DNA from: the human T2T-CHM13v2.0 reference genome, Homo sapiens | DNA length: 64,000 nucleotides | NCBI RefSeq assembly: GCF_009914755.1 | Contig: NC_060932.1 | Reading direction: 5' to 3' (one strand) | In this document: piece by piece, positions 52,191-64,000 of the stretch | How the letters are laid out: every line of letters starts with the position of its first letter | Numbering within the stretch: position 1 is the first letter of the stretch | Notes under the pieces: model-generated | Database searches by the model: none | What the model saw: the letters and a program-made list of their open reading frames with translations, nothing else | What the model was told of the DNA's origin: nothing | Made by a program: the position numbers and the translations under genes

Positions 52191-54532
52191 GAGGCACACC
52201 TCGTTTTACTGTGCGTCACTTTATTGTACTTTGCGGATATTGCATTTTTTACGAGTTGAGGGTTTGTGACAACCCAGCGTCGAGCAAGTCTGTTGGTGCC
52301 ATTTTTCCAGCAGCGTGTGCTCACTTCATGCCTCTGTGTGATATTTTGGTAATTCTCACAGTATTTTAAGCATCCTCATTATTATTAATCTGTTATGGTG
52401 ATCTGTGATCAGTGATCTTTGCTGTTACTACTGTAATTGTTTTAAGGCACCATGAGCCACACTCATATAAGATGCCAGACTGAATCCATAGATGTTGTGG
52501 GTTCTGACTGCTCCACCCACTGGCCGTTCCCCCATCTCTCTTCCTTTCCTTGGGCCTCTCTATTCCCCAAGACACAACAACATTGAAATTAGGCCAATTA
52601 ATAACTTAACATGGGCTGTAAGTGTTCAAGTGAAAGGAAGAGTCCCATTTCTCTCACTTTAAATCAAAAACTAGAAATGATTAAGTTCAGTGAAGAAAGC
52701 ATGTTGAAAGCCAAGATAGGCCCAAAGCAAAGACTCTTTTGCCAAACAGTGAGCCAAGCTGTGAATGCACAGGAACAATTATTGAAGGAAATGAAAAGTG
52801 CTACTCCAGTGGACACACACATATGAAGAAAGTGAAACAGCCCTTATTGCTTAGTGGTTTGAAGAGATCAAACCAACCACAACATTCTCTTAAGCCAAAG
52901 CCTAATCTAGAGCAAGGCCCTAACTCTTCCACCCTGTGAAGGCTGAGAGAGGTGAGGAAGCTGTAAAAGAAAAGTCTGAAGCTAGCAGAGGTTGGTTCGT
53001 GAGGTGGAAGGAAAAAAGCCATCTCCACGGCATAAAAGTGCAAGATGGAGCAGCAAGTGCTGGTGGAGAAGCTGCAGCAAGTTATCGAGAAGATCTAGCT
53101 AAGATCACTGATGAAGGTGGCTACACTAAACAACACATTTTCAATGAAGAAACCACCTTCTATTGGAAGATGCCATCTAGGACTTCCATAGCTAGAGAGG
53201 TAAAGTCAAAGCCTGGCTTCAAAGCTTCAGAGGACAGGTTGACTCTTGTGTTAGGGGCTAATGGAGCTGGTGATTTTAAGTTGAAGCCAATGCTCATTTC
53301 CCATTCTGAAAATCCTAGGGCCCTTCAGAACGATGCTAAATCCACTCTGCCTGTGCTCTAGACATGGAACAACAAAGCCTGGTTGACAGTGCATCTCTTT
53401 ACTTCATGGTTTACTGAATATTTTAAGCCCGCTGATGAGACCTACTGCTCAGAACTAAAAGATTCCTTTCAAAATATGAGTGCGTATTGACAATGCACCT
53501 GTCACCCAAGAGCTCTGCTGGAGATGTACAAGGCGATCGATGTCGTTTTCCTGCCTGTGAACACGACAACCATTCTGCAGCCTGTGGATCAAGGAGTCAT
53601 TTTGACTTTCAAGTCTTATTATTGAAGAAATACACTTTGCAAGAGGGTAGCTGCCATAGATAGTTGTTTCTCTGATGCATCTGGGCAAAGTACATTGAAA
53701 ACCTTCTGGAAAGGATTCACCATGCTAGATGCCATTAACAACATTTGTGATTCATGGAGAGGAGGGCAAAAGAGCAACATGAACAGCAGTTTGGAAGAAG
53801 TTGATTCCAGCCCTCACAGATGACTTTGAGGGGCTCAAGACTTTGGTGGAGGAAGTAACTGCAGATGTAGTAGAAATAGCAGGAGAACTAGAATTAGAAG
53901 TGGAGCCGGAAGACTGAATTGCTGCAATCTCATGATCAGACTTGAAGAGATGAAGAGCTGCTTCTTATGGATGAGCTAAGAAAGTGGTTTCTGAGATGGA
54001 AACTACTCCTGGTGAAGATGCTGTTGAAATGACATCAAAGGATTTAGAATATTCCATAAACTTACTGATAAAGCAGTGGCAGGGTTTGAGAGAATTGACT
54101 CCAAATTTGAAAGAAGTTTCACTGTGGGCAAAATGCTATCAAACAGCATCACATGGTACAGAGAAATCTTTCAGGAAAGGAAGAGTCCATTGATGCTAAA
54201 ACGTCATTGTTGTCTTATTTTTAAGAACTTGCCAGACACCTGAACCTTCAACAGCCACCACCCTGACCAGTCAGCAGTCCTCACCACCCACCAGCAAGAG
54301 GATCCCGACTTGCTGAAGGCTCAGATGATCATTAGCAATTTTTAGAACTAAAGCATTTTTAAATTAAGGTAAGTACATTGTTCTTTGAAAAGACACAATG
54401 CTATTGTCTACTGACTAGACCACAGTATAGTATAAACAGAACTCTTATGTGCACTGGGAAACACGGAGGCACACGTGACTGCTCTATTGTGGTGGCCTGG
54501 AACCGAACCCGTAATATCCTGAGATATGCCAG
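52191..54532 (+). mobile_element. Near full-length Tigger1 (TcMar/pogo DNA transposon) with disrupted transposase
   Basis: Termini GAGGCACACCTC...GAGATATGCCAG flanked by TA on both sides. ORF fragments include CENP-B HTH ([18 protein letters not shown]) and DDE-like parts ([35 protein letters not shown]). Confidence 0.92.
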
Positions 54533-55779
54533 TATCTCAAACTCTACACCCTGACAACAGAAAATACACCTCCTTCTTGAGTGCCAATGGGACATTCACA
54601 AAAAGCATTTAAAAGATTAGTAAATTTCATAAAGTAAAAACTTTACAGACAACACTCTCTGACCACAGTGCAGTAAAACTAGAAATTATTCACAGAACCA
54701 CAAATGCGCTTCCACATGGAAATTAGACATCTTCCTGGAAACAACTCTTGGGCTCTGGGAGCTTATGACACCCCTGTTCTGGTGGCTTCTGAGTGTTCAG
54801 TGAAATGGGAGCAAGGCCAGCAGCTGGGGCCAGGGACCTGTGTGTGTGCGGGAGTCACTGTCTCACTGCCAGGTGTGCCCCAGGCTGGAAGGAGGGTGAC
54901 AGTGAGGACAGGTGAGGGGGAGTAAGAGGGGCGCAGGGCAGTGCACGGCAGGTCCTGGGGACAAGGCTCGCTGGGTCTGGAGGCGAGCTGTAAAGGTGGG
55001 AGTGCCTGAAGCTGGTGATGGTCACACCAAGGGATGGCCGGGGGAGTGGGTGGCTGTGGGGGATGGAAGACAAGGTCCTTGGGAGGGAGGAGATCCAGGC
55101 CTGGAGAAGTCAGGGTGAGGGGAAGACAGGGAAATCCCCCAGGAGTCAGGCATGGGGAGTGAGCTAGGGGGTGTCCCTGACTGGAGCGAGGGGCCATCCA
55201 GGACAGGTGCATGGTAGGTAGGTGGCAGGGGGTATGGACTGAGGACTTGGGAGGCAGAGCTGGGACTTTGGGAAGGAAGGGCCATGAGCAGTGACAAGGA
55301 CCCTAGCCCATCTCTAGGCCCAGGGGTCTGAGGGCTGTGAGAGAAAAGCCAGCCCCACCTGAGAGGGCTTTGATGGCCTCTGGCGGATATAGTGGGGTGG
55401 TCTGTAGAGGGGCAGGAAGGAGAATAGAGTGTTTGTAGATGAGAAGAGACAGAGGGGTTTGCTGCTGGGCGGCGAGGCTTCAGTGTGGGCTGGGGTCTTG
55501 CCAGGAGCACCCAGGGTCCTGTGGCCTCTCCATCAGGTGACAGTGTGGCCTGGCTGGGGCAGGTGTTTCATGTGGAGCCAGGACAGGAGACAGTGAGCAG
55601 TGCCTCCCATGTGCCCGCCCAGGAGGTATGCAATGATGAACAGATGTGGGCTCCCTCCAAGCACCCAGCCCTATAGAAGTCCCTGTGGGCCATGGCGGGG
55701 GCAGACAGGAGGGCAGAGGTCACCACCCCTGCCTGGGGAGAGGATGGGGAGTGGGCAGTGAGGCAAGAGGGGCAGGCAC

Positions 55780-55934
55780 CTGTCCAAGGGGATGGAGATG
55801 TTCAGGAAGGTGGCCACCAGCTCACAGGTGTGGCTCCGGGCCAGCAGGGTGATGGCGTGCAGGGTCTTTTCCTTGGCTTGCGGGATGTGGACAGAGCACA
55901 GGCGGAGGCGGATGGCCTGGGCCATGCTGGAAAC
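55780..55934 (-). CDS. MROH5: MROH5 exon (VSSMAQAIRLRL...ISIPLD)
   Basis: CAG acceptor, GTGCCT donor, 155 nt. Confidence 0.88.
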
Positions 55935-56769
55935 CTGTGCAGAGAGGGAGAGGTCTGGCAGGGAGGCCCAGCCCTGCCCTGGGAGCCTGAAGGCAGAGGG
56001 AGGTCTCACCCTGATGAGCACAGAGCCCCTTCAGATATGGCCCTGTCCTGAGCCATCTGGGTGGCGGGCCACAGCCCTGCCCCGGATGCTTGGTCTGAAG
56101 AGAAGTCCCAGTCTTGGGGGGACAGGTCCTGCCATGTTCTGCATGGCATTTGAGGTCTTTGTATGCTGTCCACACTGCCCAGGTAGACACTGGAAGGTCC
56201 AGGCCCCCTGCCTCCCATCTCATTCTTAAACATGCCACTTTGCACATGGGGTGCCCTGTGCCTGGGGCACCCTGCCTTCTCCTTGGGGTCTCTCCTGCTC
56301 ATCCCTAATGCCCAGTGCCAGTCTCCCTGTCTGAGCTCACCCACTTGCAGGACTTGGCACTGGGCATCCTCTCTCTGGGGTGCACCCCTCACCTCCCTGC
56401 AGGGTCCTCCTCCCCCACATCATATCCCCATACGCTGTCCAGGCAACATCTGCCTGTGTGTCCGTTTTCCCCGAGACCTCAAGCTCCTCGAGGGGCTGGT
56501 CTGTGCTGTCCCCTTCCTTTCCCACCATTCCGCACACAGAGGCTGCTCAGACCCCGCAGTCACCACCCAGGACCCAGGGGACTTGCTTGGGCCATTCATT
56601 CATTCATTCATTCGCTCATTCAAAACCATCAGACTAGTTGCTTCCTAGGGTGGGATCTGTGTCTCCCCCATCAGGCTCAAGGACCTGAGCCCTGGATGCT
56701 GACTGCTGGGCCCGCCCTCCGCCCCCTGGCCCTTCCTGGCCCTTCCTGGCCCAGCCCCAGCGCCCTCAC

Positions 56770-56919
56770 GATCTCCAGCTTGGCCCCGTGCTCCTGGACG
56801 GCTGTGAGCAGCATCTCGGAGGCTGCCTGCACGCGGAAGGGGCTGGTGGAGCCCAGGCCGTCGATGGCCGTCCAGATGAGGTCGCTCAACTCTGCCAGTG
56901 TGAGCTGCTGCATGATATC
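56770..56919 (-). CDS. MROH5: MROH5 exon (DIMQQLTLAELSDLIW...GAKLEI)
   Basis: CAG acceptor, GTGAGG donor, 150 nt. Confidence 0.9.
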
Positions 56920-57664
56920 CTGTACAGCGGGGGTGGAGAGAGGCCATCACCTTGGGCCCCCTGGGCCTGGGCGTCCGCCTCCCCACTTCTGCTTTTACCC
57001 CTTCTCCTTTGTCCCAGGATCTCGCAAGTCTCTGAGCATATCTGGCCTCCTAAGCCCCACTCCTCTGGGTTCCAAGCACCCGTCAGTGATTTGCAGTCTA
57101 GACTTGCGCACGTCCACATCTGTCAGAGCCAACCACGGCCCCAGCTCTTTCCCACGCTGACACTCCGTGCTTGTCTTAGGACTGGGTGGCCAGGCCAGCC
57201 TCCCCTCTCCCCTCCTCTGCTGTCCTCTGCCCATAGGGCTTCCTCATCTGCCAGCCTCAGCCCTGTGGGGTGTCTCCCTGCCAGGCTCCAGTCCTCCTTA
57301 TGAGCATTTATCAAAGAGAAAGTGAACTTCCTGGCTGTGAAGGAGCTTCGAGGTCACCTGGGCCAACCCCCAGTCCCAGAAGGGTGTGTAGGCTGCCATC
57401 AGCCTTGGAGCAGGTCAGGGTGGGTGCAGCCAGGACCCAGCTCCTGTCCCAGGACAGGCAGCACTGTCCCAGGACCCTGACACCCTCTGTCCATCTCCTC
57501 CTAGGAGTGGCTTTAAAGGTCCAGGAAGGTGGGTCTCGCCTCTGCAAGCAGCCGTGAGCTCAGGGGTAAGGAAGGGGTTCTAGAGAAATGCAAGATGATG
57601 GGTGTTACCCCCGCCTCATAGCCTCAGACTATAGCCTCCTGGAGGGGGGACTGGGCCTCAGTCA

Positions 57665-57880
57665 CTGCTGCAAAGGTAGAACTTTCTGGAAAGACTTTAG
57701 GCATTGTACCACTAGCTATACACAGCTATTTATATTTCAATTTAAGTACAATTAAAAATTCAGTTCTGCAGTAGCACTAGCCACATTTCAAGTGCTCCAT
57801 GGCTCCCTGTGGCCAGTGGCTACCTTGGGTAGCACAGAGATAGAACACGCCCATCCTCCCAGAGGGTTCTCTGCACAGTG
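57665..57880. mobile_element. MER3/MER33-like hAT-Charlie fragment
   Basis: AATTCAGTT...GCACTAGCCACATTTCAAGTGCTC...GTGGCTACC matches the recalled consensus. Confidence 0.7.
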
Positions 57881-58429
57881 GGGACACACAGCATTGAACC
57901 GAAGGAAGTTAGAAGCTAAAGGAGGGATAGGAGAGCAGCCTGACAGAAAATTAGGGCATTTGCAAGGATGTCAGGATGGCAAAATGCTTCTTTGCATGTT
58001 AGGATATTTGTTGGAGTGCCTGCAATCTGTTAGGACATTTCTAAGTATATTAGAATATCAAATTAAGTGTTAAATAATGGATGTTAGAATATTTATTAGA
58101 ATCTTTTAATTCTAAAATTTTGATACAGTGTTTGTGAGAATGTTAGAGTATTAGCACAATGGTTAGAATGTTAAAATAATTTTAGTGGAAGATTTGTGGT
58201 AAGAACTTTTTAAAAGAATATTATGTTACACATCTGGCTAGAATATTTGTTAGAGGAATAAAATCATTGGCTAGAATGTTAAACTTTTGCTTAAAGCTAG
58301 CATTTAGAATGTTTGTGAAGAAATTCAACTTGGAATGGTGGTTAGATTCTCAGAATACTACAATCTCAGGATTGGTAAAGACTTTGGAGCCATCTCCCTT
58401 CAATCAAGGGCAGGAATAAATGTGAGATA

Positions 58430-59230
58430 AAGGTGGCAGTGATGGTAGAAGTGGTGGTGGTGGTGATAATGATGGTGGTGCAGGGTCATAGTAATGCAGA
58501 TGGTGATGGTGGTTGTAGTCATGGTGATGTGGTGGTCGTGGCAATGGTGGTTATGGTGATGGTGGTGGTGACAGTGATAGTGATCATGATGGTGATGGTG
58601 ATGATGCTTATGGTGATAGTGATGGTGGTGGTGATGGTGGTGATAATGTTGGTGGTGGTGACAGTGACCATGATGGTGGTGTTGATGATTACAGTGATCA
58701 TGATGGTGGTGATGATGTTGGTGGTGATGACTGTGGGGGTGGTGATGGTACTAATGGTGGTGGTGGTGATGATAGTGATGTTGATGATGCTTATGGTGAT
58801 AGCAATGGTGGTGGTGGTGGTGATAATGTTGGTGGTGGTGACAGTGACCATGATGGTGGTGATGTTGCTGGTGGTGATGACTGTGGGGGCGGTGATGGTA
58901 CTAATGGTGGTGGTGGTGATGATAGCGATGGTGGTGATGATGGTGGTGATAATGTTGGTGGTGACAGTGATCATGATGGTGGTGATGATGTTGGTGGTGA
59001 TGGAGATGGTGGTGATGGTGGTGATGATGATGCTGGTGGTGGTGGCGGTGGTAGTGGTGGTGATGATGCTTGTAGTGATGGTGGTGGTAGTGATGATGGT
59101 GATAGTGATGCTGGTGGTGGTGGCTGTGATGGTGATGGTGGTGATAATGGTGGTAGTGGTGACAGTGACAGTGATCATGATCGTGGTGATAATGCTGGTG
59201 GTGATGATGACAGTGGGGGTGGTGATAAAG
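58430..59230. repeat. (GGT/GAT)n trinucleotide low-complexity repeat
   Basis: About 800 bp of TGG/TGA triplets. Confidence 0.96.
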
Positions 59231-59967
59231 ATGTCATGTATCCAAGACTACATGAGGAGTTAGGGGCAAACTTGGGACCAGAACCTAGGCCCAAAGTATC
59301 TGTTTTCCAGCTGGAACCTTCTCAGCCCTGTGGTTCTATGATGGTTCTGTGATTAGCAGACCCTCCCATCCGCACCCTCCTACTGCTCCCATCTGTCTGG
59401 GGAGAGCCAGAGCTGGACACCCATGGTCTGTGTGCAGGGACCACATGGGGTGAAGCAGCTGTCCCTTCAGTGAAACTCTTCCTTCCCGGCCCTGCCTCTG
59501 CCTTCAGGGCAGGTTCTGCAGGGTAAACTGCAGCCAAGTAAGGTATTCTTCCTTCTGGACACAAACAGTGAGTTGGCCCTAGGGCTTTAGGTTTTCCACA
59601 CTAAACTTCTAACTGGCCTCAGCACACCAATGGCTTGCAACAGTTGCTGAGAGCACGGGTTCTGGAGTAGCTGGGGCTGGATCAAATTCCAGTGGGGCAC
59701 TGACCAGCCCTGTGCCATCATTTCTTCATCATTTGGTTCAATTCAGTTTATAAAACTTGAGGAAGGGATGTGGTAATGTCTGTGAAGCCCCTGGCATAGG
59801 TAATAAGTAGGCATCTAATGTGTGCTGGCTCCCCAAACCTTCCTGGCTCCACTTCAACAACATGAGAGAGAGTGAGCGAGTGCATTTACCCACCACTCCC
59901 CACTCCCCAGATATGTCGTGTGCTCTGGTCACGCCCCTGCCCTGCCCTCCACTCTAAGGACTTTGAC

Positions 59968-60131
59968 CTTGATGACTTGGAAGCTGCAGAGCTGGAAGAT
60001 GTGGTTCTTTGCCATCTCCTGGGGGCCCAGGGGAGTGGCCTTCTGGTCTCTGCTGTTCCAGAGTGGGGCTCCGTCCGAATGGGCCTGGGAGAGCTCCTTG
60101 GGGGCCTGTGATTCTGCCTGCAAAGCTTCTC
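59968..60131 (-). CDS. MROH5: MROH5 exon (EALQAESQAPKEL...CSFQVIK); the CAGCAG acceptor allows an alternative start at 60134
   Basis: Phase-compatible with both neighbours; weak GTCAAA donor. Confidence 0.8.
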
Positions 60132-60426
60132 CTGCTGGCCAGGGGCAGGGTGGGTGAGGGCAGGGCGAAGGTGGTCTTGGGGTCTAGTTTGGGACAGGGC
60201 AGGGTTAGGGTAGGGTCATTTGTAATCAGGGTCAGGCCTGTGCCCAATTTGGGGACTGGGATCAGAGTGGTGGGGGTCAGGGTGAGGCCATTACAGGGTT
60301 ATGGCTCAGATCCAGGTTGGGTCTGGGGGTAAATTTGGGGCAAGGTTGAGGTCAGGGGTGCGGGTGTGGGTCTGCCAGAGGTTGTAGCTGGGGTGGAAGT
60401 TGGTGCTCAGAACTCACAGAACTCAC

Positions 60427-60562
60427 TTTTGTGGCACATCAAGAGCTGGTAGAGATGGCTTGCCCCTTCCAGGCTGCAGCGCTGGGTGGCCCTGTCTGGG
60501 TCCTGGCACAGCATCCCCAGTATGCCCACCAATTGCCCAATCCTTTTGAAGTCCTCTTTTGG
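60427..60562 (-). CDS. MROH5: MROH5 exon (PKEDFKRIGQLVGILGMLCQDPDRATQRCSLEGASHLYQLLMCHK)
   Basis: CAG acceptor, GTGAGT donor, 136 nt. Confidence 0.9.
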
Positions 60563-60719
60563 CTGTGTTAAGATTACGGGAATCACTGATGGCAGAACCT
60601 CCCTGCAGAGCCCTGCCACACACTCACCCAGCACGGCCTACATCAGAGGTGACCCTCCAAAGGTGTGGCAGGGCTGGGACTGGGGGCTGGGCAAAACATT
60701 CAGTAATCAAGAAAAGTAA

Positions 60720-61148
<429 letters not shown>

Positions 61149-62219
61149 TCACCTCACCTGTCCTACCCTCATCCTGGTCCTGGTTTAATAAAACTTTATT
61201 TACAAAAGCAGGTGGTCAGCCCATGGGCCATAGCTTGCCAAATTGAGTTTTAAAAACATTACATGAAAACATGAATCATCTTGATTACAGAGTTTTTTGT
61301 TTTGCGGTAAATTTTGTGCGCAAGGTGAGTATCTTGCTTGCCTTACCCTGGTCCGGTCCTCTGATGTTGAAATGGATTTTGAGTAAATTGAAGCCACTTT
61401 AATTGTCCTCCTCCTCCTAGGGGTGCAGGGTCTTTCCCTTGGCAGAACAGTCCCCCCTCCTTCCAGCACTTCTGCCTCCTGCCCTCATTAGATCAGGCAG
61501 CCACCAGGCATTAGGGCAAGGAACTTATTTCCCCATCCCCCTGAGTATGCCTAGGGAGTTAATGCGGGTTTGGGCTCATACTCGCGGAAGCGCACTCTCT
61601 GACAATGTGCTGATGCAACTCAAGGGCAGTAGCGACAGATGAGGGCTGTGAGCCATGTCATGATAGGGGCTGCACTGGCGGAAGGGTGGTGGGGTGGCCA
61701 CTCCATGCAGCAAGGAACCCCTAATCAGGCGCAGGGCCGTACAGTTTACCAGCCTTCTCACGGCCTCCGCCCCATCTGAGCTCCACCATATCGCTCTAGG
61801 GAGGGGTCATTTCCATTCACTTTACAGGTGAAAAGCTGGGGCTCGTTGAGGAGAAACACCTGTACAAGGCCTCAGGTGCATAGACAGGTGCTTAGCTCCA
61901 GGGTCAGGGGTCAGGGTTCAGGGTGACCTGCCTTCAGATCCCAGCTGTGAGGCCTCGGGCAGGTCCTGCCCCTCCCTGCCTGTTCCCTCAGTTGCAAGGA
62001 GATTGCCTGGGCCGCCAGTCAATATGGAGCCCGGCTGTGCTGTCGGGTATTCAGGGATCCACTCTGTCCTGGAGGCGGGTGTCCAGGGGGCCTTGAACCC
62101 TATGAACCCTGGGAGGATCTGGGAGGAGGGCGGCTCTGGCTGGGCCCTTGCGATCCAGGGCAGGAGGCCCAGCCGGCAGAGCGGGTGCGGGACGTGGGAC
62201 CGGCGAACCGCGTACTCAC

Positions 62220-62324
62220 GTCCAAGTAGCCATTGTGGTTCAGGAATTTGAGGAGGATCATGCAGCTGTGCACAGCCCGCTGCCGCTCATGCGCCTTCTC
62301 CGACGCCAGCCAGATGTACAGGTG
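62220..62324 (-). CDS. MROH5: MROH5 exon (HLYIWLASEKAHERQRAVHSCMILLKFLNHNGYLD)
   Basis: CAG acceptor, GTGAGT donor, 105 nt. Confidence 0.9.
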
Positions 62325-62967
62325 CTGTGGGGCGGGCAGGGTCAGGGAGAGGATTCTAAGGGGCCCTCGGCCCAGGCCCCGCCCACTCGGCCCAGGCCCC
62401 GCCCACCGGCTTTGACCCCCCCCCCCGCCCCCCCCCGCCCCAAGGCCCCATCCATCCTCGGCCAGGCTCTGCCTGCTGCACTTACAAAGCCATCTGGAGA
62501 CTGGTACGTCAAATAGTTTTTAAGCCAAATCTGATATATGATTAGATATATAATTAGTGGCTCTGAAGTAGGATGAGGGTACATGGTATTTGGAGATTCT
62601 GTGACCCAGTGGTGTCCCAGAAACACATCTGTGACTTCCCCAAGACGCGCTGGGCTCCTCTGCACTGCTCACCTTTGCCCTGCGTGCCGTCTGCCTGCTG
62701 GGCCCCTCCCTTCCCTTCTCTGCCTGTGGCTGCCTTAGTCCTCAGCCGGGGCTGCGAGAAGTCCCGCTGGGCTTGACCTCTGAGCCAGAGCCAGCCTCCC
62801 CTCCCTGGGCTTCCGCCTGCCCCGGGACTGTCATTGCCTGCTCTGGTCTCTCTCCTGACAAGGTGAGGAAGGGCGGGGGGGAGTGGGGGCAGCGGGTTTG
62901 GGAGACCCTTCAGGGGACACTGCAGGGGAAGTTCTCTAGGAGGGGAGGGCGGGACCCTCATCAGCCC

Positions 62968-63280
62968 TCTTTCTTTCTTTTTTTTTTGAGACAGAGTTTC
63001 TCTCTTTTGCCCGGGCTGCAGTGAAGTGGTGAGATCTCAGCTCACTGCAACCTCCATCCCCCGGGTTCAAGCGATTCTCTTGCCTCAGCCTCCTGAGTAG
63101 CTGGGATTATAGGTGCCCACCACCATGCCTGACTAATTTTTTTTTTTTTTTTGTATTTTTAGTAGAGATGGGGTTTTACCATGTTAGCCAGGCTGGTCTC
63201 GAACTCCTGACCTCAAGTGGTCCACCCGCCTTGGCCTCCCAAAGTGTTGAGATTACAGGCGTGGGCCACTGTGCCTGGCC
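62968..63280 (-). mobile_element. AluS element
   Basis: Reverse Alu dimer with T-tracts. Confidence 0.93.
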
Positions 63281-63499
63281 TATCAGCCCTCTTTCTACCA
63301 GGCCACCTGCTGTCTCTCCCTCCCCAGTGCCCCAAACCACTGTGATCCCTAAGTGCGGGTGGCCCTCACCCCTCCTGGTTCCTGGACCACTCGAAGCCCC
63401 CAGGTCCCGCCTTGTCTCCTCTGAGATGCCCTCCTTTGGAGTCTGGCCATAGGCTGAGGACCCCTCGGCCCCAGCCGACTGGCCTCCCTGCAGCCTCAC

Positions 63500-63595
63500 C
63501 GACAGCAGGAAATGCAGCTCGTCGGCGGTGGGGTTCTGCATGATGAGGCTTTGCAGCATGAAGTCCAGCGCCTCCATGGTCCTGCTGTACAGGCT
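63500..63595 (-). CDS. MROH5: MROH5 exon (SLYSRTMEALDFMLQSLIMQNPTADELHFLLS)
   Basis: CAG acceptor, GTGAGG donor, 96 nt. Confidence 0.9.
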
Positions 63596-64000
63596 CTGTG
63601 TAGAGACAAGGGTGGTCAGGCAGTGCCACGCCCAGGTGGACGCAGGGCTTGAGGAGCGCCTACTTCCTGCATGTGCCGGGCTGCTCACCACTGGGGCTTG
63701 CCACCATGCCTGCGAGGGGGCCGCCATGGCCCCCATTTGGCAGATGTGGGGACTGGGTGGGGAGGCCTCTGGTGATCACCCAAGGGCACAGGTATCTCAG
63801 TGGCCCGGACGAGTTCATTCCTAGCAGGGCTAGCTTCACAGGAGGGTGCCCTGAGTGGTCCCAGGGTCCCGGGCTGAAAAGGGCCCTGCACTGGGTGAAT
63901 GCTCTGGAGGTTCTTAGGTTTGAAGCAGGGGCTGGCATCTTCATTTTGCCCAGGCCCTGCCAATGATGCAGTGGGCTGAGTTCTGGGTCTTACATGCCAT

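Noticed and set aside
52611-54193. Tigger1 transposase as a possible domesticated (TIGD-like) gene
   Set aside because: The ORF is broken by multiple stops and frameshifts; the longest piece is 141 aa.
58433-59263. Val/Met-rich and Thr/Ile-rich (mucin-like) ORFs
   Set aside because: Artefacts of the trinucleotide simple repeat.

Overview
Human (primate) GC-rich genomic DNA, recognisable as the 8q24.3 PTP4A3/MROH5 locus. The + strand carries PTP4A3 (PRL-3). It has a CpG-island promoter with two MEF2 sites, a long uORF-rich 5'UTR exon and five coding exons that splice to a 173-aa CAAX phosphatase. The - strand carries the last 17 coding exons of MROH5, a HEAT-repeat gene. All splice in frame, but one holds a single premature TAG (37309-37311), making this the null allele of a gene/pseudogene. 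MROH5 introns contain a retroposed SNORD5-like snoRNA inserted in an MLT1 LTR, a full-length HNRNPA1 processed pseudogene, a near-complete Tigger1, solo LTRs, Alus and old L1s. Several of these are nested in one decayed L1. There are also several minisatellites. The most unusual is a 20x51-bp VNTR in the last PTP4A3 intron, in which units fold into a GC stem whose loop shows a decoy 5' splice site. I found no evidence for a wholly new multi-gene system. Almost all ORFs in the supplied track are spurious or repeat-derived.
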